Positions 34,751-43,632 of a stretch of 61,916 bases of DNA are shown piece after piece. Under the pieces are notes generated by a model that made no database searches, had not been told where the DNA came from, and saw only the letters and a program-made list of their open reading frames with translations. Location of the stretch: the NCBI GenBank assembly GCA_964518755.1, contig CAZFHH010000001.1, forward strand, positions 1 through 61,916. The letters are read 5' to 3'. The first letter of the stretch is position 1. Each line of letters begins with the position of its first letter. Both the position numbers and the translations under genes were made by a program. The stretch is from an uncultured Candidatus Saccharibacteria bacterium (GTDB lineage Bacteria; Patescibacteriota; Minisyncoccia; Phycocordibacterales; Phycocordibacteraceae).

Positions 34751-35992
34751 TTATTGCTTTTCTATTTTTTCTAAAACGTAACTTACTGGAGGGTATACTC
34801 CCAAAATATCTTTTCTGGATATTACAAAGACGTCTTTAATTCCTTCGGTTGATATTTCAAAAGGTAATAAATGTGTTTTGTAAAAGACGTTATTCCCCAA
34901 CACTCCTATACCAGCGTTCAAATTATAATTACCGGGAGGTAAATAAGGATTTTCAATAGTAATATGTAATTTATTTTTACCGGCATCTATTTTGGAGATA
35001 TCAACTTTGGCGGTCATTATCCTCACTAGTTGGCTGTTTATTATTTGCAGTCCAATCAAGAGATCGTTTATCGGTTTGGTGGAATTTAGGATTAACTCAA
35101 ATTCTAATGGCTGATTATAAAGAGATTTGTTTCTGTTGGTAAGTTTAATATTTTCTATGCAAAAATTATCAATATTTGTTTTATAGGGCCCCGCTTCTTT
35201 TAGTTCGTTCTGTGATAGCTTTAAGTATTCCGCAATGACATCTTTTGTGTCGCCTATCATTTTTATTTTGCCAGCCTCCATCAGTATGCATCTCTTGCAT
35301 AGACTTTGTACGGCGGGGAGGTTGTGGCTGACGAATAAGATGGTGCGTCCTGATTTTTTTGTCACTTCGTCCATTTTACCAAGGCACTTTTTTTGGAATT
35401 CCGCATCACCCACAGCAAGCACTTCGTCAACAATTAATATATCCGGCTCCATGTGTGCAGCAACAGCAAAAGCGAGGCGAACGGACATGCCGGATGAGTA
35501 TCTTTTTACTTGCATGTCAAGGAATTTTTCGACGCCGGAAAATTCAACGATGTCGTTGAATTTTCCGGCAATTTCTTTTTTGCTCATTCCAAGGATTGCT
35601 CCGTTTAGAAAAATATTTTCCCGTCCGGTGAGCTCCGGGTGGAAGCCGGTCCCGACTTCAAGCAGGGAAGACATGCTTCCTTTGTATTCTATTGTCCCGG
35701 TTGTTGGTGGGGTTATTTTTGAGAGTATTTTCAGGAGAGTGGATTTACCCGCGCCGTTTGCTCCTATGATGCCAACTGCCTCGCCTTTGCCAACGGTGAA
35801 ATTTATATCTTTGAGCGCCCAGAATTCTTCTCGGGTTTCTCTGCGGATTACTTTCCCAGTTTTATGTTTTAGAAATCTGAATGGGTGCTTGAGGGTGTTT
35901 GCAAACACATCTCTTAGCGCGACATAACCACCGCGCTGGTGGGTGATGTTATATTTTTTTGATATTCCTTTGACTGTTATAATCGGTTCCAT
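34751..35992 (-). CDS. wzt: Polysaccharide ABC exporter ATP-binding protein (Wzt/TagH-type) with C-terminal extension
   Basis: 413 aa. Walker A GANGAGKST, signature YSSGMSVRL, Walker B ILIVDEVL. The extra C-terminal domain of ~160 aa sits where Wzt carbohydrate-binding modules occur. Confidence 0.8.
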   Translation of the reverse strand: MEPIITVKGISKKYNITHQRGGYVALRDVFANTLKHPFRFLKHKTGKVIRRETREEFWALKDINFTVGKGEAVGIIGANGAGKSTLLKILSKITPPTTGTIEYKGSMSSLLEVGTGFHPELTGRENIFLNGAILGMSKKEIAGKFNDIVEFSGVEKFLDMQVKRYSSGMSVRLAFAVAAHMEPDILIVDEVLAVGDAEFQKKCLGKMDEVTKKSGRTILFVSHNLPAVQSLCKRCILMEAGKIKMIGDTKDVIAEYLKLSQNELKEAGPYKTNIDNFCIENIKLTNRNKSLYNQPLEFELILNSTKPINDLLIGLQIINSQLVRIMTAKVDISKIDAGKNKLHITIENPYLPPGNYNLNAGIGVLGNNVFYKTHLLPFEISTEGIKDVFVISRKDILGVYPPVSYVLEKIEKQ

Positions 35993-36011
35993 ATTTTTTT
36001 ATTATTACAGA

Positions 36012-36833
36012 CTACACTATGTCTGCAAAATATTTTTCAGTCTTCTTGAAAAATGCGACACCTGTGATGAGCAAAATTGAAACCGCAATAAATGAAATGC
36101 CGAGAAGATCCCAGTTAACCGGTGCATTTCCAAAAAGCGATGCTCTTGCCGCTTTAATAACTCCGGTCATTGGGTTTATCGCCAATATCCACGAATACTT
36201 TCCAGCCATACTTGCCGGATAAATTACCGGGGTTAAGAAAAGCATAATTTGAATGAAAAATGGCAAGATATATCTGACGTCGCGATATTTAACATTGATT
36301 GATGCCAGAAACAATCCGCCTCCGATTGCCGCCATGAAAGTTATCAGTAGTAATATAGGGAGTATCCATAGGCTGGAGAGGTTTGGTACATAACCATAGT
36401 AGATCATCATGCCAACAAGTATCATTGCGGCGATGAAGAAGTCTACAAATTTAGTGATGACGCCGGATATTGGAAGTATCAATCGGGGGAAATATACTTT
36501 TGTAATGATGTTCGTGTTACTAATTAGTGAGCTACTTGTTTGTGCGAGCGCGGAGGAGAAAAATTGCCAAAATAACAGTCCGGTATATACAAATATAGGG
36601 TAGGGAATTCCGTCTGATGGCATCTTGGCAAATTTGCCGAAGAATATACTAAACACAACCATTGTCATGAATGGTTGAAAGACCGCCCACAAAATGCCGA
36701 TGGCGGTTTGCTTGTAGCGTACTTTGAAATCTTTCCATGTGAAAAAATACAACAGCTCTTTGTACTGCCAGATTTCTTTGAAGTCATCCAAGCTAAGTGC
36801 CTTCTTCGGTTTTATGATTGTTACATTATTCAT
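36012..36833 (-). CDS. wzm: ABC-2 type polysaccharide exporter permease (Wzm-type)
   Basis: Six hydrophobic helices. I use ATG 36833 ([11 protein letters not shown]...), which overlaps the fcl stop by 8 nt. Confidence 0.8.
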   Translation of the reverse strand: MNNVTIIKPKKALSLDDFKEIWQYKELLYFFTWKDFKVRYKQTAIGILWAVFQPFMTMVVFSIFFGKFAKMPSDGIPYPIFVYTGLLFWQFFSSALAQTSSSLISNTNIITKVYFPRLILPISGVITKFVDFFIAAMILVGMMIYYGYVPNLSSLWILPILLLITFMAAIGGGLFLASINVKYRDVRYILPFFIQIMLFLTPVIYPASMAGKYSWILAINPMTGVIKAARASLFGNAPVNWDLLGISFIAVSILLITGVAFFKKTEKYFADIV

Positions 36834-37752
36834 TTTTTTTATACCAATCATAAGTTGATTTAATGCCATCCAACAGTTCAATTTTGTGGCGCCAACCAAG
36901 ATTGTTGATTTTGTTTACATTCAACAATTTTCTTGGTGTACCGTCCGGTTTGGAACTGTCCCACACAATTTCTCCGGTAAATCCCACTATATTTTTTATG
37001 ATGTCGGCGAGCTCTTTTATAGATATGTCTTCTCCGGACCCAATATTTATGATTTCTGAATCAGAATAATTATTCATTAAAAATATACACGCATCGGCAA
37101 GGTCGTCCACATGCAGGAACTCTCTTTTGGGTGAACCGGTACCCCACAAAATAACTTCTTTTTTGCCATGTGTTTTTGCGTCATGAAATTTCCTCAAAAG
37201 AGCCGGAATAACATGAGAGCTCTGTAAATCAAAGTTATCATTTAATCCGTAGAGATTAGTTGGCATAACGGATATAAAGTTCGTACCGTATTGTTTATTG
37301 TATGCTTGGCACATTATGATACCGGCGATTTTAGCGACCGCGTATGCTTTGTTAGTTGGTTCCAGTTTTCCGTCCAATAAATAATCCTCTTGTATCGGTT
37401 GTTTCGCCAATTTTGGATATATGCACGAACTCCCCAAGAAAAGTAATTTCTTTACATTATTTATATACGCATTGTGTATGATGTTAGTTTGTATTTTTAG
37501 ATTTTCATATATAAACTCAGCCGGGTGTTCGTCATTCGCGATTATTCCTCCGACTTTTGCAGCAGCGAGAAAAACATACACCGGCTTTTCTTTTTGAAAG
37601 AAATTTTTTACCGCCTCGTCATTAAGTAAATCAAGCTCGCTTCTTGTTTTCAGAATAATATCTTCATAGCCGGTCGCTTGGAGTTTTCTTAAAAGAGCAG
37701 ACCCGACAAGACCACGATGCCCGGCTATATAAATTTTTGATTTTTTATTCAT
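36826..37752 (-). CDS. fcl: GDP-L-fucose synthase
   Basis: [15 protein letters not shown] and YAVAK (YxxxK). The start at 37752 overlaps the gmd stop by 8 nt. Confidence 0.85.
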   Translation of the reverse strand: MNKKSKIYIAGHRGLVGSALLRKLQATGYEDIILKTRSELDLLNDEAVKNFFQKEKPVYVFLAAAKVGGIIANDEHPAEFIYENLKIQTNIIHNAYINNVKKLLFLGSSCIYPKLAKQPIQEDYLLDGKLEPTNKAYAVAKIAGIIMCQAYNKQYGTNFISVMPTNLYGLNDNFDLQSSHVIPALLRKFHDAKTHGKKEVILWGTGSPKREFLHVDDLADACIFLMNNYSDSEIINIGSGEDISIKELADIIKNIVGFTGEIVWDSSKPDGTPRKLLNVNKINNLGWRHKIELLDGIKSTYDWYKKNE

Positions 37753-38824
37753 ATTTTTTATTTCTTTTATGTATACCATTCTTTACGATATTATTTTTAA
37801 TCTTTTGTAAATCATACCGTATCATTTCTTTTACTAATTCCCGGAAGGTGATTTTTGGTTGCCAATGCAGTATTTTTTTGGCTTTAGTTGCATCACCCAT
37901 TAAAGAATCCACCTCAGTAGGTCTAAAGTACTTCCGATCAACCCCAATGATAATCTTACCTGTCTTTTTATCTGTCCCTTTCTCATGTATCCCTTTTCCA
38001 GACCATTGAATATCAATACCCAGTTCTCCAAAAGCAAGTTTACAAAAATCTTTAACTGAATATTGCTCTCCCGTGGCTATTACAATATCTCTTGGCTGAT
38101 CCTGCTGGAGCATGAGATACATAGCTCTTACATAATCTTTGGCATGTCCCCAATCACGCTTGGCATTCAAATTTCCCAGATATAATTTATTTTGTAATCC
38201 GTATTTAATTTTAACAGCCGCTTGAGTTATTTTTTTGGTTACAAATGTCTCGCCTCTCCTTGGCGATTCGTGATTAAATAAAATACCCGAGACCGCAAAA
38301 ATTCCATAAGCTTCTCTGTAATTTATGGTTATCCAGTGAGCATATAATTTGGCAGCTCCATAAGGACTTCTGGGATGGAAGGCGGTGTTTTCATTTTGCG
38401 GTGGCGTGGCAGAACCAAACATTTCAGACGTTGATGCTTGGTAAAATTTTGTTTTATCTTTTAGTCCAAGTATTTTTATCGCTTCAAGCAAACGGAGTGT
38501 ACCGATAGCATCTGAATTTGCCGTGTATTCCGGAGTTTCAAAAGAAACTTGCACATGACTTTGTGCCCCGAGATTATATATCTCATTCGGTTGAACTTCT
38601 TGAATAATCCTAATAATGTTTGTTGAGTCCGTCAGGTCTCCATAATGTAATAAAAACTTTTTGTTTTTTTCATGTGGATCTTGATATAAATGATCTATTC
38701 TTTCCGTGTTAAAAGATGAAGAGCGTCTTTTAATGCCGTGAACTTCATACCCCTTATCTAAAAGAAGTTCCGCCAAGTATGAACCATCTTGTCCCGTTAT
38801 ACCCGTTATGAGAGCTTTTTTCAT
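37745..38824 (-). CDS. gmd: GDP-mannose 4,6-dehydratase
   Basis: 359 aa. [19 protein letters not shown] and [10 protein letters not shown]. Confidence 0.9.
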   Translation of the reverse strand: MKKALITGITGQDGSYLAELLLDKGYEVHGIKRRSSSFNTERIDHLYQDPHEKNKKFLLHYGDLTDSTNIIRIIQEVQPNEIYNLGAQSHVQVSFETPEYTANSDAIGTLRLLEAIKILGLKDKTKFYQASTSEMFGSATPPQNENTAFHPRSPYGAAKLYAHWITINYREAYGIFAVSGILFNHESPRRGETFVTKKITQAAVKIKYGLQNKLYLGNLNAKRDWGHAKDYVRAMYLMLQQDQPRDIVIATGEQYSVKDFCKLAFGELGIDIQWSGKGIHEKGTDKKTGKIIIGVDRKYFRPTEVDSLMGDATKAKKILHWQPKITFRELVKEMIRYDLQKIKNNIVKNGIHKRNKKYE

Positions 38825-38828
38825 ATAA

Positions 38829-39077
38829 TTACCATTTATTTATTTTACCAACGACTTTCTTTTTTAATCCGAGGTATGTTTTCACGGCGCTCTTTTCCAA
38901 GTCCGGTGAGACAAGTCGCAGGATTTCTTTCCCGAGGATGCGATATTGTCCACCGACTTTGTTTGCGCGAAGTAACCCCTTTTTAAGCATACGTTTGATT
39001 GTGCTGTTGCTTATCTTTAGAAGTTTTTGCGTTTCGCTTGTTGTGTATACTGCGTTTTCTCTGATTTCCTCGCTCAT
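38829..39077 (-). CDS. Excisionase-family (MerR-like winged HTH, HTH_17-type) DNA-binding protein, first gene of the island operon
   Basis: [37 protein letters not shown]. It ends 4 nt before the gmd start. I use ATG 39077. Confidence 0.6.
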   Translation of the reverse strand: MSEEIRENAVYTTSETQKLLKISNSTIKRMLKKGLLRANKVGGQYRILGKEILRLVSPDLEKSAVKTYLGLKKKVVGKINKW

Positions 39078-39136
39078 GTTTTGATTATATAGAAGTGTCA
39101 TGCGGTGTCAAGTGGTGCCAGTGCGAGGGAGCTTAG

Positions 39137-39168
39137 CCCCACGGATTTCCTTTAGGAAATCCGTGGGG
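39137..39168. repeat. Hairpin CCCCACGGATTTCC-ttta-GGAAATCCGTGGGG (member of a two-copy family)
   Basis: 14-bp perfect stem. The related copy is at 39825-39870. Confidence 0.8.
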
Positions 39169-39214
39169 TGGGGGATGGAATGTAAGTATTGAGTTTGCGT
39201 GTTTTGTGTTGTGG

Positions 39215-39225
39215 TATACTATACT
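39215..39225 (+). promoter_or_regulatory. Tandem TATACT boxes preceded by TGG (GTGGTATACTATACT), 7 nt upstream of the hicB-like ATG
   Basis: The motif GTGGTAT(A/T)(C/G)T recurs upstream of several genes (2839, 39913, 61130, 61671). Confidence 0.4.
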
Positions 39226-39231
39226 CATATT

Positions 39232-39550
39232 ATGTCCTTTAAGAATACCTTACGAAATGGACAGGTGCGCAACGTTATATTTCGAGAAGGAAACTCCTTT
39301 TATGGGGTTGCGCTTGAGCTCAATATTGTTGAACAGGGCGACCCCGCAGGAAGTGGTGTTTCTTTTTGATGAGGCGGTGAGAGGATATTTGGAGTCTGCA
39401 CAAAAAAATAAACTTCCCATCTCGGTTTTGAATCAAGATGTTGCTTCCGAATATGAACTGCTTTGGAACGCCGGACAAAAGGGATATAAAAAAGGCCGTC
39501 AACATATTTATAGTACCTCCTCGCAGTCAATCTCCGCTCTTGTGGCGTAG
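39232..39550 (+). pseudogene. HicB-like antitoxin gene with a frameshift
   Basis: Frame A gives MSFKNTLRNGQVRNVIFREGNSFYGVALELNIVEQGD..., with a stop at 39367. Frame B continues ...TPQEVVFLFDEAVRGYLESAQKN... to 39550. Joined, they give the HicB pattern (beta strands, then QGxTxEE...EA...YLE). The shift lies near GGCGACCCCGCAGG (39338-39350). Confidence 0.55.
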
Positions 39551-39556
39551 TGTGGT

Positions 39557-39792
39557 ATGCCACGCGGTTTCAGCAATTGGAACCCCGTGATTGTTATTCG
39601 CTTTCTTCGGTAGCACGGTTTTGTACATTCACATACGCGAGGAAGTCACTTTTACTATGTTGGAGAAGTCTGTAATCACCGCAGGCAAGTGTGCTACCTA
39701 TTCATGGGAAAAATTCTTCCATTCATCTAAAAACTCTGAAAGGTATCATTCGTCAATCTGGTATTCAAGCAAGCGAGTGGCGTTTGAAATAA
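39557..39792 (+). pseudogene. HicA-like toxin gene, disrupted by an in-frame TAG and a frameshift
   Basis: MPRGFSNWNPVIVIRFLR-TAG(39611)-HGFVHSHTRGSHFYYVGEV..., then a -1 shift in GTGTG (~39689). After the shift it reads VLPIHGKNSSIHLKTLKGIIRQSGIQASEWRLK*. Confidence 0.5.
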
Positions 39793-39824
39793 TTCGGCGT
39801 TCTGGCTCTCGTGTAGAATACAGC

Positions 39825-39870
39825 CCCCCACCCCACGGAATTTCCCAAAGGAAATTCCGTGGGGTGGGGG
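39825..39870. repeat. Hairpin CCCCCACCCCACGGAATTTCC-caaa-GGAAATTCCGTGGGGTGGGGG
   Basis: 21-bp perfect stem. Related to 39137-39168. Confidence 0.8.
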
Positions 39871-39912
39871 TGTCGCCGTTGTATCCGACATTTTCATTAC
39901 TTGGGCACATCG

Positions 39913-39921
39913 TGGTATAGT
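39913..39921 (+). promoter_or_regulatory. Extended -10 element TGGTATAGT, 9 nt upstream of the ATG at 39930
   Basis: TGnTATAGT. No Shine-Dalgarno sequence. Confidence 0.4.
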
Positions 39922-39929
39922 GTTTTATT

Positions 39930-42113
39930 ATGAAAGCGTTGGAACATCCCGCAAAATCACTGGCACGTTGGACAGTCATCGGCGCGCTTTTTCTCTTGCC
40001 GTTTACAGTGTTGTTGGTGTCAAACAGTCTATTTTTCCCATTTATAACCGGCAAAGGATTCTTTTTTCGTATTGTTGTTGAGATAGCGTTTGGCGCGTGG
40101 CTTATATTGGCTGCGGTGGATAAAAAATATCGTCCGAAATGGACGTGGATTTCCGTGTTGCTCGTTGCGTTCATTGTGTGGATGCTCATTGCGGATTTGT
40201 TCGCTGTTAATCCGCAAAAAGCATTTTGGAGCAACTTTGAGCGAATGGAGGGGTGGATTACACTCGTTCACTTGTTAATGTTTTTCATTGTGTCAAGCAC
40301 GGTGCTCACTATAGAAAAGAAATGGCGCGTGTGGTGGTATACATCTCTCATTGCTGCGTCGTTGGTCGGCATGTACGGTATTATGCAACTTACCGGGCAC
40401 GCACAAATTACTCAGGGAGGCGTGCGTCTTGATGCGTCACTTGGCAATGCCGCATATCTCGCCGTGTACATGCTCTTTAATGCGTTCATTGCCGGATGGC
40501 TCGCATTCACAACCAAACACACATGGTTGCGTTATGTGCTTTTCTCGCTGGCGATATTCTTTGCATTCATATTATTTTCCACAGCAACGCGCGGTACTAT
40601 TTTAGGACTTGCCGGGGGCATTTTCCTTGCTTCTATTTTGGCGGCGTTCACGATGGGGAAGCGGGTGCGAGGCATTGCCACCGGCGCGGTCATATTGGTG
40701 TTGCTTATCGCCGGCGGATTCTGGGCATTGAAAGATACCGGAGTAATCCGTCACGATCCGGTGTTATCGCGTATCGCTTCCATCTCTTTATCCGCCGGCG
40801 ATGTGCGGTTTTCCATTTGGCACATTGCATACGATGGTTTTGTTGCACACCCTGTTTTGGGGTGGGGGCAGGAAGGTTTTAATTATGTGTTCAACACATA
40901 TTACAACCCATCTCTATACACACAGGAGCAATGGTTTGACAGGGCGCACAATGAATTTCTTGACTGGCTTACACAGGGCGGGTTACCTGCATTCCTTTTA
41001 TATATAGCACTATTCTTTTCGGTGATAGCCACTCTATGGCGTGCACCGTTTTCACGCGCTGAACAAATTGCGCTCACGGCACTTCTTGCCGGATATGCTT
41101 TCCATGATCTTTTTGTTTTTGATAATATCATTTCCTATTTATTATTCTTTGCGGTTGCCGCGATGGTTGACGGTGTTGCGGGCGGAAGACGCATCGCATT
41201 TTTTGAAAAAATACCGGAACTGCCCGAGCGGTTTTTAACCAGTGTGGCGTGGCCTGTCGCGGCCGTATCAGTTACAATAATTATTGTCATTATTAATGTG
41301 CCCGGGATTACAACTGCACGCAACCTAATCACCGCTCTTAATGAAACCGGCTATCCGCAAAGTATATCCACATGGAAAAACGTTTCCGCACATCCGGCAT
41401 TCGCAGCGCAAGAAGTGCGAGAACAACTTATGATATCCGCAGTTTCCTCATTAAGAAGCACACACATGTCCGTACCTCAGAAGAAGGAGCTCGCAATGCT
41501 TGCAATAACGCAAATGCGAAAGGAGGTGGAGGAAGTTCCTTTTGATGCGCGCATTCGTCTTGAGCTTGCTGGCGGATATTCCGCATTTGGCGACATAAAA
41601 GATGCGCTGGCACAAATAAAAATAGCACACATGCTATCTCCTAAAAAAGAGTCAATTCTCATTGAGCAGGGTTTCTTTTACTTGCAGGGTGGCGATGTAA
41701 AAAATGCTGGGGTGGCGTTTGAGGATGCGTATAATCTTGCCCCGCAATTTTCCAAGCTAGCAATTTATGGTGCTGCGGGGGAAGTGCTTGGGGGAAATAT
41801 GCCATCGGCGCAAGCCATTTTGAAAAAAACGTTTAAGACAACGACAGTGGACAATCCAATTCTTCTTGACGCGTATGCGCGCATGAAGCAGTACCCGGCA
41901 ATCGCCGATGTCTTGAAAGAGCGTCTTTCCGGGAAGCATCCCACTGTGCGCGATGCGTTCCGTTTGGCAAATGTGTATGCAACTATGGGCAATCGCTCCG
42001 GGGCAATCGCTTTGATACGCAAGACTATAAATGCAACCGCAAAGCATTCTGTCACTAAAGAAGGTAATGCTCTTATAAAAATGATCCGTTCGGGGAAGTT
42101 GCCGAAAATATAA
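39930..42113 (+). CDS. O-antigen ligase/polymerase-like (Wzy_C-type) polytopic membrane protein with C-terminal TPR-like repeats
   Basis: 727 aa. About 12 hydrophobic helices, a central loop ...FSTATRGTILGLAGG..., and a C-terminal ~250 aa helical-repeat region. Confidence 0.6.
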   Translation: MKALEHPAKSLARWTVIGALFLLPFTVLLVSNSLFFPFITGKGFFFRIVVEIAFGAWLILAAVDKKYRPKWTWISVLLVAFIVWMLIADLFAVNPQKAFWSNFERMEGWITLVHLLMFFIVSSTVLTIEKKWRVWWYTSLIAASLVGMYGIMQLTGHAQITQGGVRLDASLGNAAYLAVYMLFNAFIAGWLAFTTKHTWLRYVLFSLAIFFAFILFSTATRGTILGLAGGIFLASILAAFTMGKRVRGIATGAVILVLLIAGGFWALKDTGVIRHDPVLSRIASISLSAGDVRFSIWHIAYDGFVAHPVLGWGQEGFNYVFNTYYNPSLYTQEQWFDRAHNEFLDWLTQGGLPAFLLYIALFFSVIATLWRAPFSRAEQIALTALLAGYAFHDLFVFDNIISYLLFFAVAAMVDGVAGGRRIAFFEKIPELPERFLTSVAWPVAAVSVTIIIVIINVPGITTARNLITALNETGYPQSISTWKNVSAHPAFAAQEVREQLMISAVSSLRSTHMSVPQKKELAMLAITQMRKEVEEVPFDARIRLELAGGYSAFGDIKDALAQIKIAHMLSPKKESILIEQGFFYLQGGDVKNAGVAFEDAYNLAPQFSKLAIYGAAGEVLGGNMPSAQAILKKTFKTTTVDNPILLDAYARMKQYPAIADVLKERLSGKHPTVRDAFRLANVYATMGNRSGAIALIRKTINATAKHSVTKEGNALIKMIRSGKLPKI

Positions 42114-42116
42114 TAT

Positions 42117-43154
42117 ATGAATTTTGTTGAGGAAAATGTTCCTCTTGCTCCACATACAACGCTTGGCGTTGGTGGCTGTGCTCGCTTTTTTGCAAATATA
42201 CAATCGCGCGCTCATCTGCACGAGGTTCTTCACAGTGCTGTTGCGCAAGGTATTGGCGTGTGTGTGTTGGGTGGAGGTTCAAACATGTTGGTACCGGATG
42301 AAGGAGTGGATGGTTTAGTATTGCATATGAAAATACCGGGGATAACATCTCGCGATGATGACCCCACCACCGGCGTACTGGTGCACGCCGGTGGTGGGGT
42401 CATGTGGGACACTCTCGTGCGCTATGCAACAACGCGCGGTCTGTGGGGGATAGAAAACTTAGCGGGCATCCCCGGAACTGTTGGTGGGGCACCGGTACAA
42501 AATATCGGCGCATATGGAACAGAGCTATCAGATACTTTTGTGAGCGCAGACGTTGTGACTTTCCCAAAGGGTGAGCGTTTGCGCATAGATGCAAGTCACG
42601 CGCAGTTTGGCTATCGTGAAAGTATTTTTAAAAAAGACTCTTCTATGATAATTACAGGCGTCACGCTGCGACTTTCACGCGAGCGAACTGCGCATAAGAT
42701 ATATCCTGACTTGGAAGATGCGCGAGCGCGAGGTGTGCCACTTGATGCTCCGTCTCAAATTGCAAGCGCCTTGCAAGATATCCGCTCCAGAAAATTCCCA
42801 AAACGTGAAGAAGGTGGAACTGCCGGCTCCTTCTTTAAGAACCCGATTATTTCAAGAAAGAAGTATGACATATTGCATAAGCGCTTCCCCGGTTTGCCGG
42901 GGTTCCCGACAGGAACAGACATGAAAATATCGCTTGCATGGGTTTTAGATAATGTATTGCATATGCGAGGATTTAGAATAGGAAATATCTACTTGAACGA
43001 ACGTCAGCCACTGGTGCTCGTTGTATGTTCGCCATCATCCGCAAAAGAGATTGAAGAGTTCGCGCGCGAAATTGCAGTGCGCGTAAAAACAAAAACTGAA
43101 ATTGATATTGAAAGGGAAGTGCGTTTGTGTAAACTCACAGAGTGTAAAAAATAA
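42117..43154 (+). CDS. murB: UDP-N-acetylenolpyruvoylglucosamine reductase
   Basis: 345 aa. TTLGVGG, VLGGGSNMLV and LAGIPGTVGGAPVQNIGAYG. Confidence 0.88.
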   Translation: MNFVEENVPLAPHTTLGVGGCARFFANIQSRAHLHEVLHSAVAQGIGVCVLGGGSNMLVPDEGVDGLVLHMKIPGITSRDDDPTTGVLVHAGGGVMWDTLVRYATTRGLWGIENLAGIPGTVGGAPVQNIGAYGTELSDTFVSADVVTFPKGERLRIDASHAQFGYRESIFKKDSSMIITGVTLRLSRERTAHKIYPDLEDARARGVPLDAPSQIASALQDIRSRKFPKREEGGTAGSFFKNPIISRKKYDILHKRFPGLPGFPTGTDMKISLAWVLDNVLHMRGFRIGNIYLNERQPLVLVVCSPSSAKEIEEFAREIAVRVKTKTEIDIEREVRLCKLTECKK

Positions 43155-43167
43155 TTTGTCGTGCGTG

Positions 43168-43210
43168 TTTTTCCGTGCGTAATGTTTTTCAAACATTACG
43201 CACGGAAAAA
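43168..43210 (+). terminator. Long perfect hairpin terminator after murB
   Basis: TTTTTCCGTGCGTAATGTTT / AAACATTACGCACGGAAAAA form 20-bp arms. Confidence 0.6.
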
Positions 43211-43340
43211 TGTTATCCACATTTTTATTTTTTATTTTTACAAAAATATTTTTTACGCGCAATAATATAAAAAGAACATCCGTGTAAAAAAATTATGCGA
43301 ATGGGTCGAATGATTATTTATTTTCTTTCTGTATATAAAC

Positions 43341-43556
43341 ATGGCAACAAAAAAGAAGTCAACACGCAAAGTGGCAACCAAGCGCAAGACAGTAGCAACC
43401 AAGCGTAAGCCGGCAGTCAAGAAAACCGCAAAGCGCAAGGTAGCAACCAAGCGTAAGCCGGCAGTCAAGAAAACCGCAAAGCGCAAGGTAGCAACCAAGC
43501 GTAAGCCGGCAGTCAAGAAGACGACCAAGCGCAAGGCAACAACAAAGCGTAAATAG
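43341..43556 (+). CDS. Lysine-rich histone-H1-like / Hc1-like nucleoid protein
   Basis: 71 aa. About half the residues are K/R, the rest A/T/V/P. Repeats of KRKPAVKKTAKRKVAT. Confidence 0.7.
   Translation: MATKKKSTRKVATKRKTVATKRKPAVKKTAKRKVATKRKPAVKKTAKRKVATKRKPAVKKTTKRKATTKRK
43392..43535 (+). repeat. Three tandem 48-bp repeats within the H1-like gene
   Basis: GTAGCAACCAAGCGTAAGCCGGCAGTCAAGAAAACCGCAAAGCGCAAG occurs at 43392 and 43440 (identical). The third copy at 43488 has a few substitutions. Confidence 0.9.
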
Positions 43557-43585
43557 TCGCAAATGTTTTGGCTCGTTCCGTGCAA

Positions 43586-43619
43586 ACGTAAAAACCTCCA
43601 CAAATGGAGGTTTTTACGT
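43586..43619 (+). terminator. Hairpin terminator after the H1-like gene, abutting the secA -10 box
   Basis: ACGTAAAAACCTCCA-caaa-TGGAGGTTTTTACGT, then TATAAT at 43620-43625. Confidence 0.6.
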
Positions 43620-43625
43620 TATAAT
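43620..43625 (+). promoter_or_regulatory. TATAAT box 8 nt upstream of the secA ATG
   Basis: GTTATAATAGGATGAATG. No Shine-Dalgarno sequence. Confidence 0.4.
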
Positions 43626-43632
43626 AGGATGA

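Noticed and set aside
39611-39613. The in-frame TAG in the hicA-like gene as evidence of stop-codon reassignment
   Set aside because: TAG, TAA and TGA all terminate well-conserved genes in this window at the expected ends: TGA for murD, TAG for the ABC exporter and tgt, TAA for murC. The same gene also has a frameshift, so decay or sequencing error is the simpler explanation.
43253-43603. Antisense ORFs opposite the H1-like gene (43253..43603, 43359..43601)
   Set aside because: They are a by-product of the tandem repeat. The sense ORF has an ATG, an A/T-rich promoter region, a terminator and a coherent K-rich repeat protein.
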